Assembly (NCBI GenBank): GCA_028023455.1
Contig: JAQFVV010000004.1
Location: 21,824,001 to 21,888,000 of the forward strand
Reading direction: 5' to 3'
DNA: 64,000 bases
Source: Epiperipatus broadwayi
Taxonomy: Eukaryota > Animalia > Onychophora
The notes beneath the pieces are model-generated. The model did not search any database. It saw only the letters and a list, made by a program, of their open reading frames with translations, and was not told the origin of the DNA. Made by a program: the position numbers and the translations under genes. Of this stretch, positions 13,568 to 26,976 are shown one piece after another. Position 1 is the stretch's first letter; the number at the start of each line of letters is the position of its first letter.

Positions 13568-15205
13568 GTGTTTTCCTGAAGGTTTGTGATGATAGTGTTT
13601 TAGTTGTATTTTTATATTGGACTATTTCCATCATTTAATATGAGTATTGAATGTCTTTAGAAAAATTTAACTTTATTTAAATATTCCAAATACAGTCAAC
13701 TGCTGGTAATAGTTACATCAAACAGGTTAGTATATGCACAATGTTTTGAGAGGTATTATTCTTTCTTCTTCAGGTGTTGTTGACCTGAACAGTGACAGTG
13801 CTAGCATGGGATTTGATACTGGACCCTTGGATTCTTTTGAATTTTAAGGTAATGCTCTAACCAATTGAGTCATCTTGCCAAAGGCAACAGTCACTAGAAA
13901 ATTTTATATACTTATCTATGAGATTCCTCCTGATTATGGGATTGTTTGCCATTGTTGTGTGAGCAGCTTCTTTAAATTTTCTTCTTTATACCTTTTCTTC
14001 TTTATCCAATATTTTTGTATATTTTTGAACATATGTTCATTGGCACATACATGGTGCTACTTTAGACACCTGTTTTCTCTTCTAATCATCAGTTTGTATT
14101 TCTTGCAAGCATTTTTCAATGGGACAACTGGTCTCACTAATATATGTTCTTCCACATTCACATGGTATATCATAGATGCAGTTTTTCTAGCATTTCAATT
14201 TTAGGCTTTATAGATGTTAGAATTGCTTAGTGTGGTATGGCTCTGGGGTTATACTATCAGTATGGAACAGAGCAAAATAAGTTTGTTCAGAAACCAATGA
14301 TTTGGAAAAAGAAAGATCTATATAGACAAACTTACGAAAAATGGTTATCCATCAGCTGTTATTAAGAAAATCTTAAATTGACAACAAAAAGAACCATCAA
14401 AATAAAAAAACAATTATTGGTACTGTAGTGTATCCATATATTCCAAAAATAGCAGACAAATTAAGGAAAAGCTGCAAACAGAATAACATCAGAACACCTT
14501 TCCAGAGCCACACTGCACTATGAGTAATTCTAACATTTACAAAGCCCAAACTTGAAATGCTGAAAAGAAAAAACTGCATTTATGAAATACCATGTGAATG
14601 TAGAACCTATATTGGTAACATCAGTTGTCCCATTGAAAAACACTTGCAAGAATACAAAGTGATGATTAGAAGAGAGAAAACAGATGTGTCTAAGGTAGCA
14701 GACCATGTATGTGCCAATAAATATATGTTCAATTGGGAAAATACAAAAATATTGGATAGAGAAGAAAAGATACAAAGAAGAAAATTTAAAGAAGCTGCTC
14801 ACATGGCCATGGCAAACAATCCCATAAGTCAACCTAGTGTGACTATACATAATATAATGTATGGAAACCACTAGTCAACTTTGCTCTTAGAAAAAAATGG
14901 AGAAATCAGGAGGAACTTTGTAGATAAATATATGAAGATTCTACTGACTGTTGACTTTGGCAGGATGGCTCAGTTGGTGAGAGTGTTACCTCAAAATTCA
15001 ATACTCAATAATCTAAGGGTCCAGGTTCGAATTCCATGCTAGTACTGCCACTGGTCAGGTCAGCAACACCTGAATAAAAGGGGTGAATAACACCTTGAGG
15101 TGCTATTATTAACAATTGAATGTATTTGGAATATTTAAAGTTAAATTTTTCTAGACATTCAATACTCATATTAAATGATGGAAATAGTCCAATATAAAAA
15201 TACAA
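13568..15205 (+). mobile_element. Penelope-like element (GIY-YIG, Poseidon/Penelope type), 5'-truncated, with an inverted 3' copy
   Basis: 14557-14874 encodes NCIYEIPCECRTYIG...KVADH...NWENTKILDRE...RRKFKEA (GIY-YIG); upstream KNGYP motif; 13604-14248 is the reverse complement of ~14500-15205; flanked by an 11-bp direct repeat ATAATACATCA (13557-13567 and 15206-15216). Confidence 0.88.
14958..15050 (+). ncRNA. tRNA-like (tRNA-derived) module inside the Penelope pseudo-LTR; not an intact tRNA
   Basis: A-box TGGCTCAGTTGG, B-box GGTTCGAATTCC, D-stem GCTC/GAG(T/C), terminal stem TGGCAG/CTGCCA; about 15 extra nt at the anticodon loop; copies at 13793-13880(-) and 50408-50504(-). Confidence 0.65.
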
Positions 15206-16289
15206 ATAATACATCAAGTTTTAATAAATTTTGGAAAATGTCTTTTTAAAGTATTTGCATAAAAGGGTTCTTTGTTCAAAATCCTGTAATCAGCAAAGCT
15301 TGACACGACTTGTGAATGACTTGGCTCTAGGTGATTATTTCTCCATGCAAAGTCAGTTGTCTTTATAGTTCACATGATAATGCAATCTTCTAAAAATTTC
15401 CTTTAGATTTCTCGAAATCATAAACAACTCCCAAAGAATTCTAGTATAGTAATGTTATAATCTATTTTATTATAGGATAAATTTTTTATCTTGCAGTTTC
15501 TTAGAGAAAAAATTTCATGAAATATAATTCATTGTCAGAATTTTGAAATAATGTTGGTAAATAGGATTCTTTTAAAATAACGAAGTTCACACTTCTAAAT
15601 GCACGTAAAACAACGATCATCAAAGTTGTAGGCAAAAATTGGAAGGATCAAGACATTTGATCCTTTTCTACTTAGCTTTTAACAATGCATTCTGTTATTT
15701 GAATGCCAAATGTAATTTTTTTTAAAGGAAGTATGCCTAATGTTAACATTTTCTTATTTAAGTTGCATATCTGTTAATTTTGACATCATTTTTCAACTTG
15801 TACTTTTTCATAACATTGTTATAGGAGTTTTAGAATAGATTATCTCTTCATATGTTTACATAAATTTTGATATAGGTGTACACCCATATAATGTTAGTGT
15901 CGTAACATTTTCGGAGATTAATAAAAAATATAAATCATTTGATTTTTATAAAAATTTAAATATAACAGGCTTTCAGTAATTAAGTCTTAATTAATAATTT
16001 CAATTAAATTCACATAAACAACTATTATAATTTAACTTGTATTAATTAAAATCTAAATTTTAGCAAGCCTCTCTTTTTTAAACATTTATAATTTGGATTG
16101 CTTTGAGAATAAACATTCCGAAATAAAAAAATATATAGCATATTTAATTAATCTATTTGTAAATAAAATATAAATAAATAACCAATGAATGGATTCGCCT
16201 AAGGACAATAGATAACAAACGTAAACATTTTTTTAAATTTTAATGTATATTGGCTCAAGAATAAACCAATTGTTACAATATACATTTCT

Positions 16290-17250
16290 CTTTCATGTTT
16301 CTGTTGTCTTCTCTTTTCCATTTTATTTTGCATTTCAATTCTTCATTTTTTCCCCCTGTTATCTACCAATCCAATTGCAAAATATTAAATCTTTTTTGAG
16401 AAAAATTCTAATCTTTTGACTTGAATTTAAATTGTCAGTCACCTTACCATGGTTTACACTTATTTTCTTAATCAACATATCTGAGAATTACTTTCTGATA
16501 TGCCTTTACAATTTGTAAATAACTCACTTTTTTTTTTTTAATATCTTGATTCTAATTTTTTAAAAAAGATGATCCAAATCTTTGCCAACCCCAGATTGTG
16601 CATATGCACTGTTAATATTATTCTTAAGTTTGCTTTATCAACACTCAGTTTAGTTAAAATTATTTCTATTAACCAAACTTTTTTACCTATAAAATCCTTT
16701 TTTTGATTTCTGAAACATGTTAATTTTTAACAGACCTTTTTTTTTGTTATCAAATCTAATCAATTTTTCATTCTTTATCATTTCTTGACTTCCAGTCCAT
16801 AATCTACCATTTATATCTTCTCTCATGGCATTCCACTTTTACATTTTTACTATATAACTATTTTTTTATTATTATTCTTATTCAATTATTTTTTCAATTT
16901 TCATACATGATTTTAATTTCTTCATAATAACTAATTGGCATTTATATATGAATAATCACTATATTCCTTAGAATTATGTTAACTACCAATATTTTTATTA
17001 TTTATAAGAGTGCTACTTATAATTTTTTTTTTATTCTTATATTTAAAACAGTTCTTTTAGTATTGTGTATACTTGTATCTCCAGAATAAAATAAAATTAC
17101 ATTTCTTTCATTTGGAATCTATTAATCTTGTCTGACAGAATTGTATAATATTTTAATCTATTTCTTATCATCTCTGCCTTGTTCATACTTTTAATATTTT
17201 ATGTACCTATTTTCAATAAAAATGGTGTAATAAAGTATTAAGAATTAAGA
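16290..17250 (-). mobile_element. decayed LINE 3' coding region
   Basis: Purine-rich minus strand with ..IILTVHMHNLGLAKIW.., similar to LINE C-terminal ends; weak. Confidence 0.25.
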
Positions 17251-18702
17251 GCTTTTATGTAGAGGAATTGAATGCATAAACCCATTTCTGGCTATATCTG
17301 CTGATGAAGCTTTTCTTTTGCTTTCTATATAAACCTTAATCATATGAACTGAAATTTTCATTTTTTTAAACTTTTAATTTAATTTGAAAATTTAATTTCA
17401 ACAATAACATAATAATAGATTTTTTTTTTTTTTTAAAAAAAGATTTTTAATTAATAAAACTAAAATTAAAAACCAGTAAAGTTGAAAAATGAAATGGGAA
17501 GTGGCAAGTAAATTGTTGACTCTTAATTTAAAACAAAAAATTATTTGATTAACCATTTTATATTTAAAATTCTATAATATTTGTTTGTCATTTATTAACA
17601 ATTAAAATCGAAATTATTAATTGAAAAAAAAAAAAAACTTAAAAAAACAAAAAACAAAACAGCAATATTTAATTAAATTAACACAAAAAAAACAAGATTT
17701 AAAACAAACTGAATTGATAACTCAAAATTTTTGAAGTCTAACTATTATTAGGCTTTTCTAATGAAGACAGATACTTATCAAGCAGAGAAAAATAATTGCT
17801 TACACAATTATGATATGGCTATATAATCATAAAGACCTTTGAATGTTTGAGGATCTGGAATATGTGTCACGACTGTTTGAGATATTTTAAGGTACCATCC
17901 AAAATTATACCCAGGCATATCTTCTAAAATGAGTTTTATATTTATTTGATTAATGAGAAATTCATGATGCAAGAAAACAAATTATGTGTTTATGTAAATT
18001 TTAAGAAATGAGTGGTGTGTAGGTTTCCACTATTGTATTCAGAAGAAGCAACTTTGCAAGCTATAAAATTTAAGCCAAAATCTAGTAATATTTATAATAA
18101 ATTTGCTTTTTTATTCAAAATTACCTATTAAGAAATGCTTGATAGCTATATCATTATAAGTCAGTTATTAGATTTTGTCCAAAAACCAATAAATTCATGA
18201 TTTGTCTTAAAACATAACAATGCTCTCTTACTAGTTCTATTATTTAATTTATTTATTTTTAAATAAATATTTGTTATCAATAAATATATATATTCAATCT
18301 TTTGGCATCTTTTTTATTAAAATATTAGCAAGATCTTAGATGTATGTAATATTAGATTATTTCTTTTTACCTTTTAATAATTCTTACAACTGTTGTGTCA
18401 TATTTAGTTTTATAATGAAATATCTGAAAAAATCCTTGAGTGAAAAATTATTTTCTTATCCCTGAATTTTTTGTTTAAATTTTAAATATGGCCATTATAC
18501 TAATTGTCTTTTATAATACCCCATTTCGGATACTTTTTTTTTTTTTAATAAACATTTTATTGTACACAAATATATTTTATTATGTAATATTATCATCTTT
18601 TCCAATTATATACATTATTTTAGTAATCTTGTTCTCTCTATATTTTAAATCATTTGACAAATATGATTTTTTACAGCAAATAAATACATTTAATCATTTA
18701 TA

Positions 18703-19743
18703 CACCTGGCTCTCTTTTTATGCGGACTTATTTAACACGATTTTGAAGTTACATTCATGTTTCACCGGAAGTCGAACTCCGATAATGCGCTATTACTTTA
18801 AATAATAAATTTCATGCACTTACGTTATTTTGAAAGTAATAGCACATTATTGGAATTCAACTTTCATCTTAGTAATTTCAATATTTTCAGTGCTTTATAA
18901 TAGTAAGATTTTATGCAATAATGAAATTAAAATCATGATTTCCACATTTTATGTATACACACATTAAATTTTACAAGATTATAATGTAAATTTGTTCAAA
19001 CATTGTGCGTGTTAATTTTGCATTTTAAATCACATTCTGTTATTGCTTTTTAAAAAAGAACGTAATCAATTATTAATCATTTAGTGTCCACAAGTTTATT
19101 TTTAAAATGTGAGTAATAACAGTGGGCACAATTAAATTTGACAATTAAAAATTAAAATCTGATTTTTAATTGTAATTAACAATTTAAAAATTACTTACGG
19201 CGACTTGAAATTAATGTGATGTGAAATTTGATTTTTAAATGGAATTGAAAATTAAAGACAAAAATAAGAATTTAATTTTTAGTTGTTAGTTTCATAAACA
19301 ATTTATAAAATCATTGTCTCAAAGATTAATTACTAATTACGTTGTCACCAGAAAACCATTGACACAACCTGAGTGTGAAGTTGGCATTGGTTGTTTGCAA
19401 ACGAACGTGTTTTATATAAAAAAATGTAAATTACTGTACTGTAAATTATGCATAAAAATATATTATTTTGAATAAAATTAAATATTATAGTTAAAAAAAG
19501 TTTGTCTTGTATCAATTTTTTTCAAATTTGAAATTTTTTATTAGTCATATTTTATTTTCTTATTTTTTTTTTTTGCGCAAATTTTAAAGTAATTTTACGT
19601 TGGCGCTTTGCTTTTACGCGAATTTTGAAAAATCACAGACCGCATCCCCCCCTTTTCAATGTAAGTTACGTCTATTTTTGGGCGATTTCGTTTGCGCGTG
19701 TTTTCTGAGGAACCTATCTATCGTGTAAAACAAGACCCAGGTG
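18703..19743 (-). mobile_element. pogo/Tc1-mariner-type MITE, copy A (inverted)
   Basis: TIRs of consensus CACC(C/T)GGGTCT(C/T)GTTTTATGCG, TA-flanked; ends shared with the copies at 33344 and 44550. Confidence 0.8.
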
Positions 19744-22700
19744 TTTATAAAATCGTATCTTTTTTCCATTACTTTTTGTAGGTATGCTATTTCAAGAAAG
19801 TGTTTTTTCTTACTCTTTTCAAATCTTAAATTTTACTTGAAAATTAATGATAGCATGTTCTTGTATATTATTGTCTATAACGAATATAATATAAACATCA
19901 AATTGCTGCAGTAACGTAAATCATTTCCTTAAACACCTGATTTAAAATTTAAAAGTGCTTCATTTTAAAGGACATTGTGTGAGAAAAACAGGGCTGATTG
20001 AAGAAATCTAAACAATGCATGGCCACACATTATATTTCCATTATCACACTAAGTGCAATTAAAAATAGTTCAAAGATATATATGTATATTTAGTCAAGTA
20101 AACTGGGTAAATTATTAACGGTTGGTAATTGTCATATATATGTTTCATCATCTTCAATAACATAGTTAATATTCATTATATAGTCTAATGATGAGCAGCG
20201 AGGACAAAACTTATTGGAATGTTTGATATTTTACATTATGAGATAATCTTTTTGCTTATTTAAAAAGCCTTAATACATTACTATATTGATAATACTTTGG
20301 ATTTTATAATTTTTGAATATTTTTATATCACTGGGTTTTAAGCTGATGCCATTCTAAATCTTTATATATATATTTTTTTAACTTGAGTATAATCCACTGT
20401 CATCTGAATTATTAAGCTGATGTTTCTTTGAATATATTTTTTAGATTGAATACATTATGTAACTATCTAATATTGAGTACATGTTGACTGGTCTATGTAA
20501 TTAAAATAACTTTAGATACATTAACTTTCAAATTAACAAACAGGTATTCATTTCAGTAATTTATTTAAACAAGTTATAATTTTAATATATTTTTTTAAAA
20601 TAAATTTTAATTACTTATATCACAACCCAATCAATTGTTATTTTATTGTTTTTCTTTAATAAATGGCTCAAGATTTGCCATTTTTAAAGTGGGACAAAGT
20701 TTATTCTTGTAATAATTATTAATCTTACTTAGAAATCAGGTAAAGGTCTATTAATTTTTTATAATGTGAATTTTTAAATTGCAAATATCTGATATAAATA
20801 AAAAAAAACATTTATTTATAATAAAACGTTTAGAACATAAGGGAATTAATACTCTTATCTTGCTAATCTAGACTCATTAAATGACATATTTGTAATATTT
20901 GCAATTTTACTTCATATCTTGAAAAGGAGGTAGTACAACCGATGTCATATTTATTATATGACTTTTTTTGTAATTTCTCATTGGGGAAGAGGGGAATCTT
21001 ATCATTACTATAATTATTTCCTCCTCCTCTTTGTTAACCATACCTTTATATGGCTTTAAAAATTAACTTGTTTTTACACTATATTGTGTCCTCTGGAAAA
21101 TTTGTACTTATTTGTTTTTCAGTTTTAAATCATATAAGCAGAAATCTGGCTTTATTTTGTATCCATAAAATAGTTACATCTTTTATTATAAAAGTGAAAA
21201 GATAAACAATGGAGTTGGCTACCTCTAGATGAATAATACCCTTTTCAGAAATATATGGAAATTGTTTTTGATTTTATAGTCAGTGCATCAGTATTCATCT
21301 AACCAAACTAATAAAGGGATGGGATCATTATCCTCAAGCTAATATATTCATTGTTTGACCATTTACAGATAAATCTGTTCCAGTCATTTGGTATTAAAAT
21401 CCTATTACTTGAAAAAACATGGCGGTTTGATGTGCTGATAATTATATTATGTGGCTTTTTTATTTTATATATTCATAAGCATATATATATATAACGTTGT
21501 ATATATTGTGAGCTTTGGTTTATTTCATCTATAAACCAATTGTAAGAAAATGAAACTAATTGTAGGCAAAAAATTTTTTTTAATGTAAGAAAAGTTGAAA
21601 AGTTTTATTTGAAAAATCAATAACTGTATAGCTCAAATGTAACATTTATAGAGATACAGTTTGTATTTGTATAAAATATAGCTAGCATTGTTTAATGCAA
21701 GTGGGGTTGATTTTTTTTTGTATGCCGCTATAATAATTTACCAATATGATAATTGAGAAATAAATGTCTATATGGCTAAGATAAAGTCTTTATGAATTTT
21801 AATGTTTATTAATAAAAAGATGGTGAAAATTGAAATTGAATTAATTATCAGTGGTTTTAGTTTGACAGTTTATTTTCAAGAGAATAGGCTTAAAATTATC
21901 AGAAATTATAATGGATATTTATGTTTGTAATTATAAGAAATTATAGTGGATGTATTATGCTCATGTAATCTGAATAACCAGTTTTCTGTTTGTATTCTGC
22001 ATATGTATGTGTGTGTGATACAGATATATGGGTTTGATTTTTTTTTCTTTCCTTTATAGAAATTGATATAGTGTTCTATATTATTTCATGATAAGTGTAA
22101 AAAAAATGAATCTGTTCTAATTTATTATTCCTAGCTCTAAAATGTAAATCTAAATAAAAAATTATTTAAATAAAGGAATGTAACATTTATTTTACCAAAA
22201 ATTGTCAGTAAGCTTATCTTTTAATTGGATTTTTTTTTAATTGCTTTTTCATAAATTAACCAGTAATGTGTTTGACCATATGGTAGAAGCTGAGCTGGGA
22301 TAAGTCATTAGAACTGACAACTAATAAATGGTTTTCAAGTGTCATTCTGGGAAAGAATTTTAATTGAAATTTGAGAGGAACCAGACATTAAGAGAGGGGC
22401 TGACAGATATTTTTCTTTCCTCCTCCTTGCGAATAAAAAAGGGCTGGAGAACATGAAGGGGGTGGACTTCTACTAATTCAGAACCAACTGGCTAATTCAA
22501 ATAATTTTTATCTCTGAAAGTTTTTCTCTGATTTTTTAATTTTTTTTCTCAGAGTTTAATAGATATGTTTAGGAAGTTTACATTATAACCAAGATATGAA
22601 TTTCTAATTCATATATAAGTGGTGCATTTTTTCTCTCTCCTTAAAGTCAGTTATGGAGAAATCAACTTTTAATAAGAGACTCTGTGTTGAATGCCACAAC

Positions 22701-23020
22701 CTGTCTATTTGGCTTATTAAGAATTCATTTAAGGAGAGAACTATCAAACTGTTGTATAATATTAAAAGACCAATTCATATTGCAATAATTATTTGACTGG
22801 TTAAAATTCGTTTGAAGAAACAACAGCAAACTTCTGTATAATGTTTAAAAGCCAATTCATGTTTAATAATCAGAATCTACTCGCTGTCTGTATTTTAAGC
22901 CTTAAAATGGAAAAAAAAAAAAAAAGGAAACAAATGAATTCAAACCCAGGAAGAAACTCATCAAAATGGAAAGGTAATCAGCAGAACTCTTAAAATTTTA
23001 TTAATTATCATATAGCTACA

Positions 23021-23125
23021 TTTTGATTAAAATAACTGTCTACGTTTTTATATATTTTGATTTAAATAACTGTCTGTGCATTTTTATATACATTTGATTA
23101 AAATAACTCTGCTGTGCGTCTATAT
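23021..23125. repeat. 3 x ~36-bp minisatellite
   Basis: ttgatt(a/t)aaataact(gt)ct...tatata, repeated three times. Confidence 0.8.
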
Positions 23126-23479
23126 AGCTATCTCCAAATAAAATGAACTAAATACAGTAATTAACTGATGGACAATAACATCGAAAGAAAAGACATTGGA
23201 AAGAGACTATCGTAATGTTTAATATTTATTCTTTATTTCACTTTGTTTATATAACATGTAGCATGCTTTTATAGAAACTTTAAGATTATATTAATTTAAT
23301 TTTTTTTTTATTTATTTATGTTTTAAAATGTTTAAAGGAAGGAAAGGAAAATGATTTTGATCCCATTGAAGTATAAATGCTTACGTAATTTTTTAAAAAA
23401 AAAAAGAAAAAAAAAATGATACAAAATATTTTTTTTATTATTAACAAATTTTTTTTTTATGCTTAATATTAGATATATG

Positions 23480-24330
23480 AAGAGTGATTGGATGACCATA
23501 TGAAGGATCATTGGTATGCTATAATGTTGATGATCTGTTATTAGTATAAATATTGGGTGTATGTTGTTGGCTTGACTGTTTAAAATTGAGATAATTCATA
23601 TATGTTTTGATTCGGGATCTGGTTAGTCTTTGTCATTTATCTAGACTGTAATCGATGTATGTGTGGGCATATGTAGGTAGAATTATCTTACCACCTCATA
23701 GATGGGAAATAACTATTTCATAATTTAGTTACTATGGCAGTAGGAGATAAGGACAGTTCCCCCTCCATTTATTTTTATTAAGGTAGGAAATTATTGATAG
23801 AGTTATTGTTGAGTTATAGAAAATGTTGTGCATGCCTATATAGAGTAAGTGTATAGACAAAAGTTTTTCACACGATTCTAGGTTTTAGGGGAGACCTCTC
23901 TTTGGCTAAAGCAGACATTTGAAGTTAGGAGTTGTTGTTGTTTTTTAATTTCCCTTACCAAGACGCTGATGTGTGCGCATTATAAAATACTGCATGGTGA
24001 TATGTAGAGTGTTTTTCTTATGTAGGACAGAATAAAAGTTGCTTCGATAGGATAAGAATTTCAGTCAGATGTATGTGTGTTGATGGGGGGATGACAAAGA
24101 TTTTAATTTAGAAGCTAACCGATCTATAGTCGATTTTGTGAAGGATGGTAAATTGAGTGTCGTCAAGCTAGGGCAACATGTTGACCTATCAAAATATATA
24201 TGGTCGAAAAACGTGAATATCTGGCAGGCATGAACATAAAATTGTGGTTTTTGAATTTAAACCCATGTGCAGGACCAATGAGAGATCTTTAGTGTCACAT
24301 CATCCTTTTCATAAGAAATGTAAAAATTAT
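23480..24330 (-). mobile_element. possible decayed LTR-retrotransposon pol/integrase fragment
   Basis: Compositionally distinct (A/C-rich minus strand); weak AH..L.REIKKQ..LLTSNVCF similarity to an integrase Zn region. Confidence 0.22.
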
Positions 24331-24819
24331 TGCTTGTTGAAATAATTTAAAAATTGATGGTTATTTATTATTGCTTGTTAGAATAATTGAAACTGATAAA
24401 TTATTTTGGAATAGTCCAATTGATAATGTTCACAATAAAAAGGGGAGCAGGAATTTATAGGTTTTTCTTAAAGTTAAAAATACGGAATTCTGATTCTGTG
24501 CGTAAGCGTTTTTTTTTTAATATTTGATAAATAAATGGGTCAAAACAATGAATAAGTTATTCAGAAAATTAGTTAATTTAAATATGTATTCGTATCATAA
24601 ATATTAGTCTTTAGTAGATCTGATATCATATATTTGAGTGTAACAATATTATATTTAAGTGTGTTTTTATTTATATTTATTATCATTATTATTACTGTAA
24701 TAAAGATTTATTATTGTTATAAAATTACATTGCATCTTGTGTTTTAATATTTCAAATATCTCCAGAATCTACATCCAGCACCTATATTTAAAGTAATATT
24801 AGTTCATATTTAAATTTAA

Positions 24820-25060
24820 TTATTCATTTTTATATTGATAATTGATTCCATGATTGATTTACAGTATTCATTTTTATACTGTCATATAATTCATTTTTAT
24901 ATTGATAAATTATTTCCATATTCGATTTACATAATTCATTTTTATATTGATAATTTATTTTCATGGTTGATTTACATAATTCATTTTTACCTAATTCACT
25001 TTTACATAAATCATTTTCACATAATTTATTTTCATAGTTAATTTGCATAATCTATTTTTA
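24820..25060. repeat. 15-bp monomer / ~45-bp higher-order minisatellite
   Basis: Recurring (cata)attcattttta core; the units ataattcatttttatattgataa..gatttac repeat at ~45 bp. Confidence 0.8.
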
Positions 25061-25089
25061 TGATTTATTTCTGTATTTTACTTACATAA

Positions 25090-25300
25090 GAATTTCTTGA
25101 TCCATTTATATGATTAATGTCCATGTTTCGCTTCCATAGTTTACTTTGCAAAATATGATAGGTTTAAAATTATTAATTAAAATTTGATCAATAGATTATA
25201 TTTAATAGAATAGAATGACAGGGAATAGTTAAGTTTAATAAATTTAATCATTTGATTCGTTGTAATGTTGTGAATATTGGGAGCAGATATAAAATCCCTT
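25090..25300 (-). mobile_element. LINE RT fragment (RTE-like)
   Basis: Minus strand tatggaagcgaaacatggacatta = YGSETWTL. Confidence 0.45.
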
Positions 25301-26406
25301 TCCTGCTCTCGGTGATTAGAGTGATTCCCACTAGTAAACTCTTATTAAAATTTAATTTAGCATATTTTGGGATCATATCCATTACAATGTAATCGCTCAT
25401 AAGTGCACCTCTTGGCAGATCTAGACCTTGAGAAAGAGTAGTTCGATTATTAGTCTAAGAGCTAGTTTGGAAGTCAAGTAGCATATTATAATAAAATTAT
25501 TATACTATTATTGGAATAGTGATCATGAATTGATAATTGATTGACAGGTTAATATGTGTGTTTAAAGAAATAAGATTAAGGGATAGTAGATTAGAGAACA
25601 TAACACAGACATTCCGTGTTATATAATTGTAGCTATTGAAAGTGATAGATGCTGAGAACGACAAATAAAGTAATGGAATTAAATGGGAAAGATTTATTTA
25701 TAACATTTTATCCTGTATTAAATTAAATAATAATTTTATATTATGAACATAAATTATGAATTCTCTGCATCGATTACTGATTTATTTCCAGACATATATA
25801 AATGAGAAATGTATATAACATTTCTGTAGTTACCACTCGAGATCAGATATTTATAAGAAAGTTGTCTCATTACTATAAATTGAGTAATAAATTTATCGTG
25901 AAATATTTGCATGATTAATGCTAGGTTTGAAATTAAGACCACATAGATTGAATGGTTTTATCAATATTTTTTTTTTTTTGAGAGACAATTTAATTACTTT
26001 CTCCATTATCTTCTATAGCCCTAAACATGGCTAATGATGATGACCTCTGTTTGTTAATATTAATAGATAAACACACTAGCCATCCTTGTTTGATCCTAAA
26101 GTTAATATTAAATTCAATTGACTAGCTACTTGAAATAAATGAGAGTTTGTTGAGGTTAAATAAGTTAAAGATTGCGCTGAGGAAAAGTTGAGGTTACAAT
26201 ATATATAATCTTTTAACGCTCATTAGTATTACATGCACATTTATGTTCAAATGTTCCGCATACTCTTTTTTTAACACTTTAATCACTCAATTGATATCCC
26301 AAAAAGTTTTTTTTTTTTTGTTTAATTTAATTATTAATAACTTTTTGAGAAACTATTTTATTGCAATTTCTAATATATATGTTTACATTTTTGAAATATC
26401 TTTTAG

Positions 26407-26727
<321 letters not shown>

Positions 26728-26763
26728 TAATTTACTTGTAAATTTTGTTAAATACTAATTTAA

Positions 26764-26976
<213 letters not shown>

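Larger units (their letters stand above)
13041..15990 (-). pseudogene. gustatory-receptor-like pseudogene, copy 2, interrupted by a Penelope-like insertion (13568-15205)
   Basis: Colinear paralog of 7075-8390 (about 80% identical by eye); same C-terminus IKVRWFFNL..SYHVIVI..YQF across frameshifts, stop at 13041-13043. Confidence 0.5.

Noticed and set aside
14958-15050. Calling this a functional tRNA gene
   Set aside because: The T-stem and anticodon stem do not pair, there are extra bases before the 3' stem, and it is embedded in a retroelement; reported as tRNA-like only
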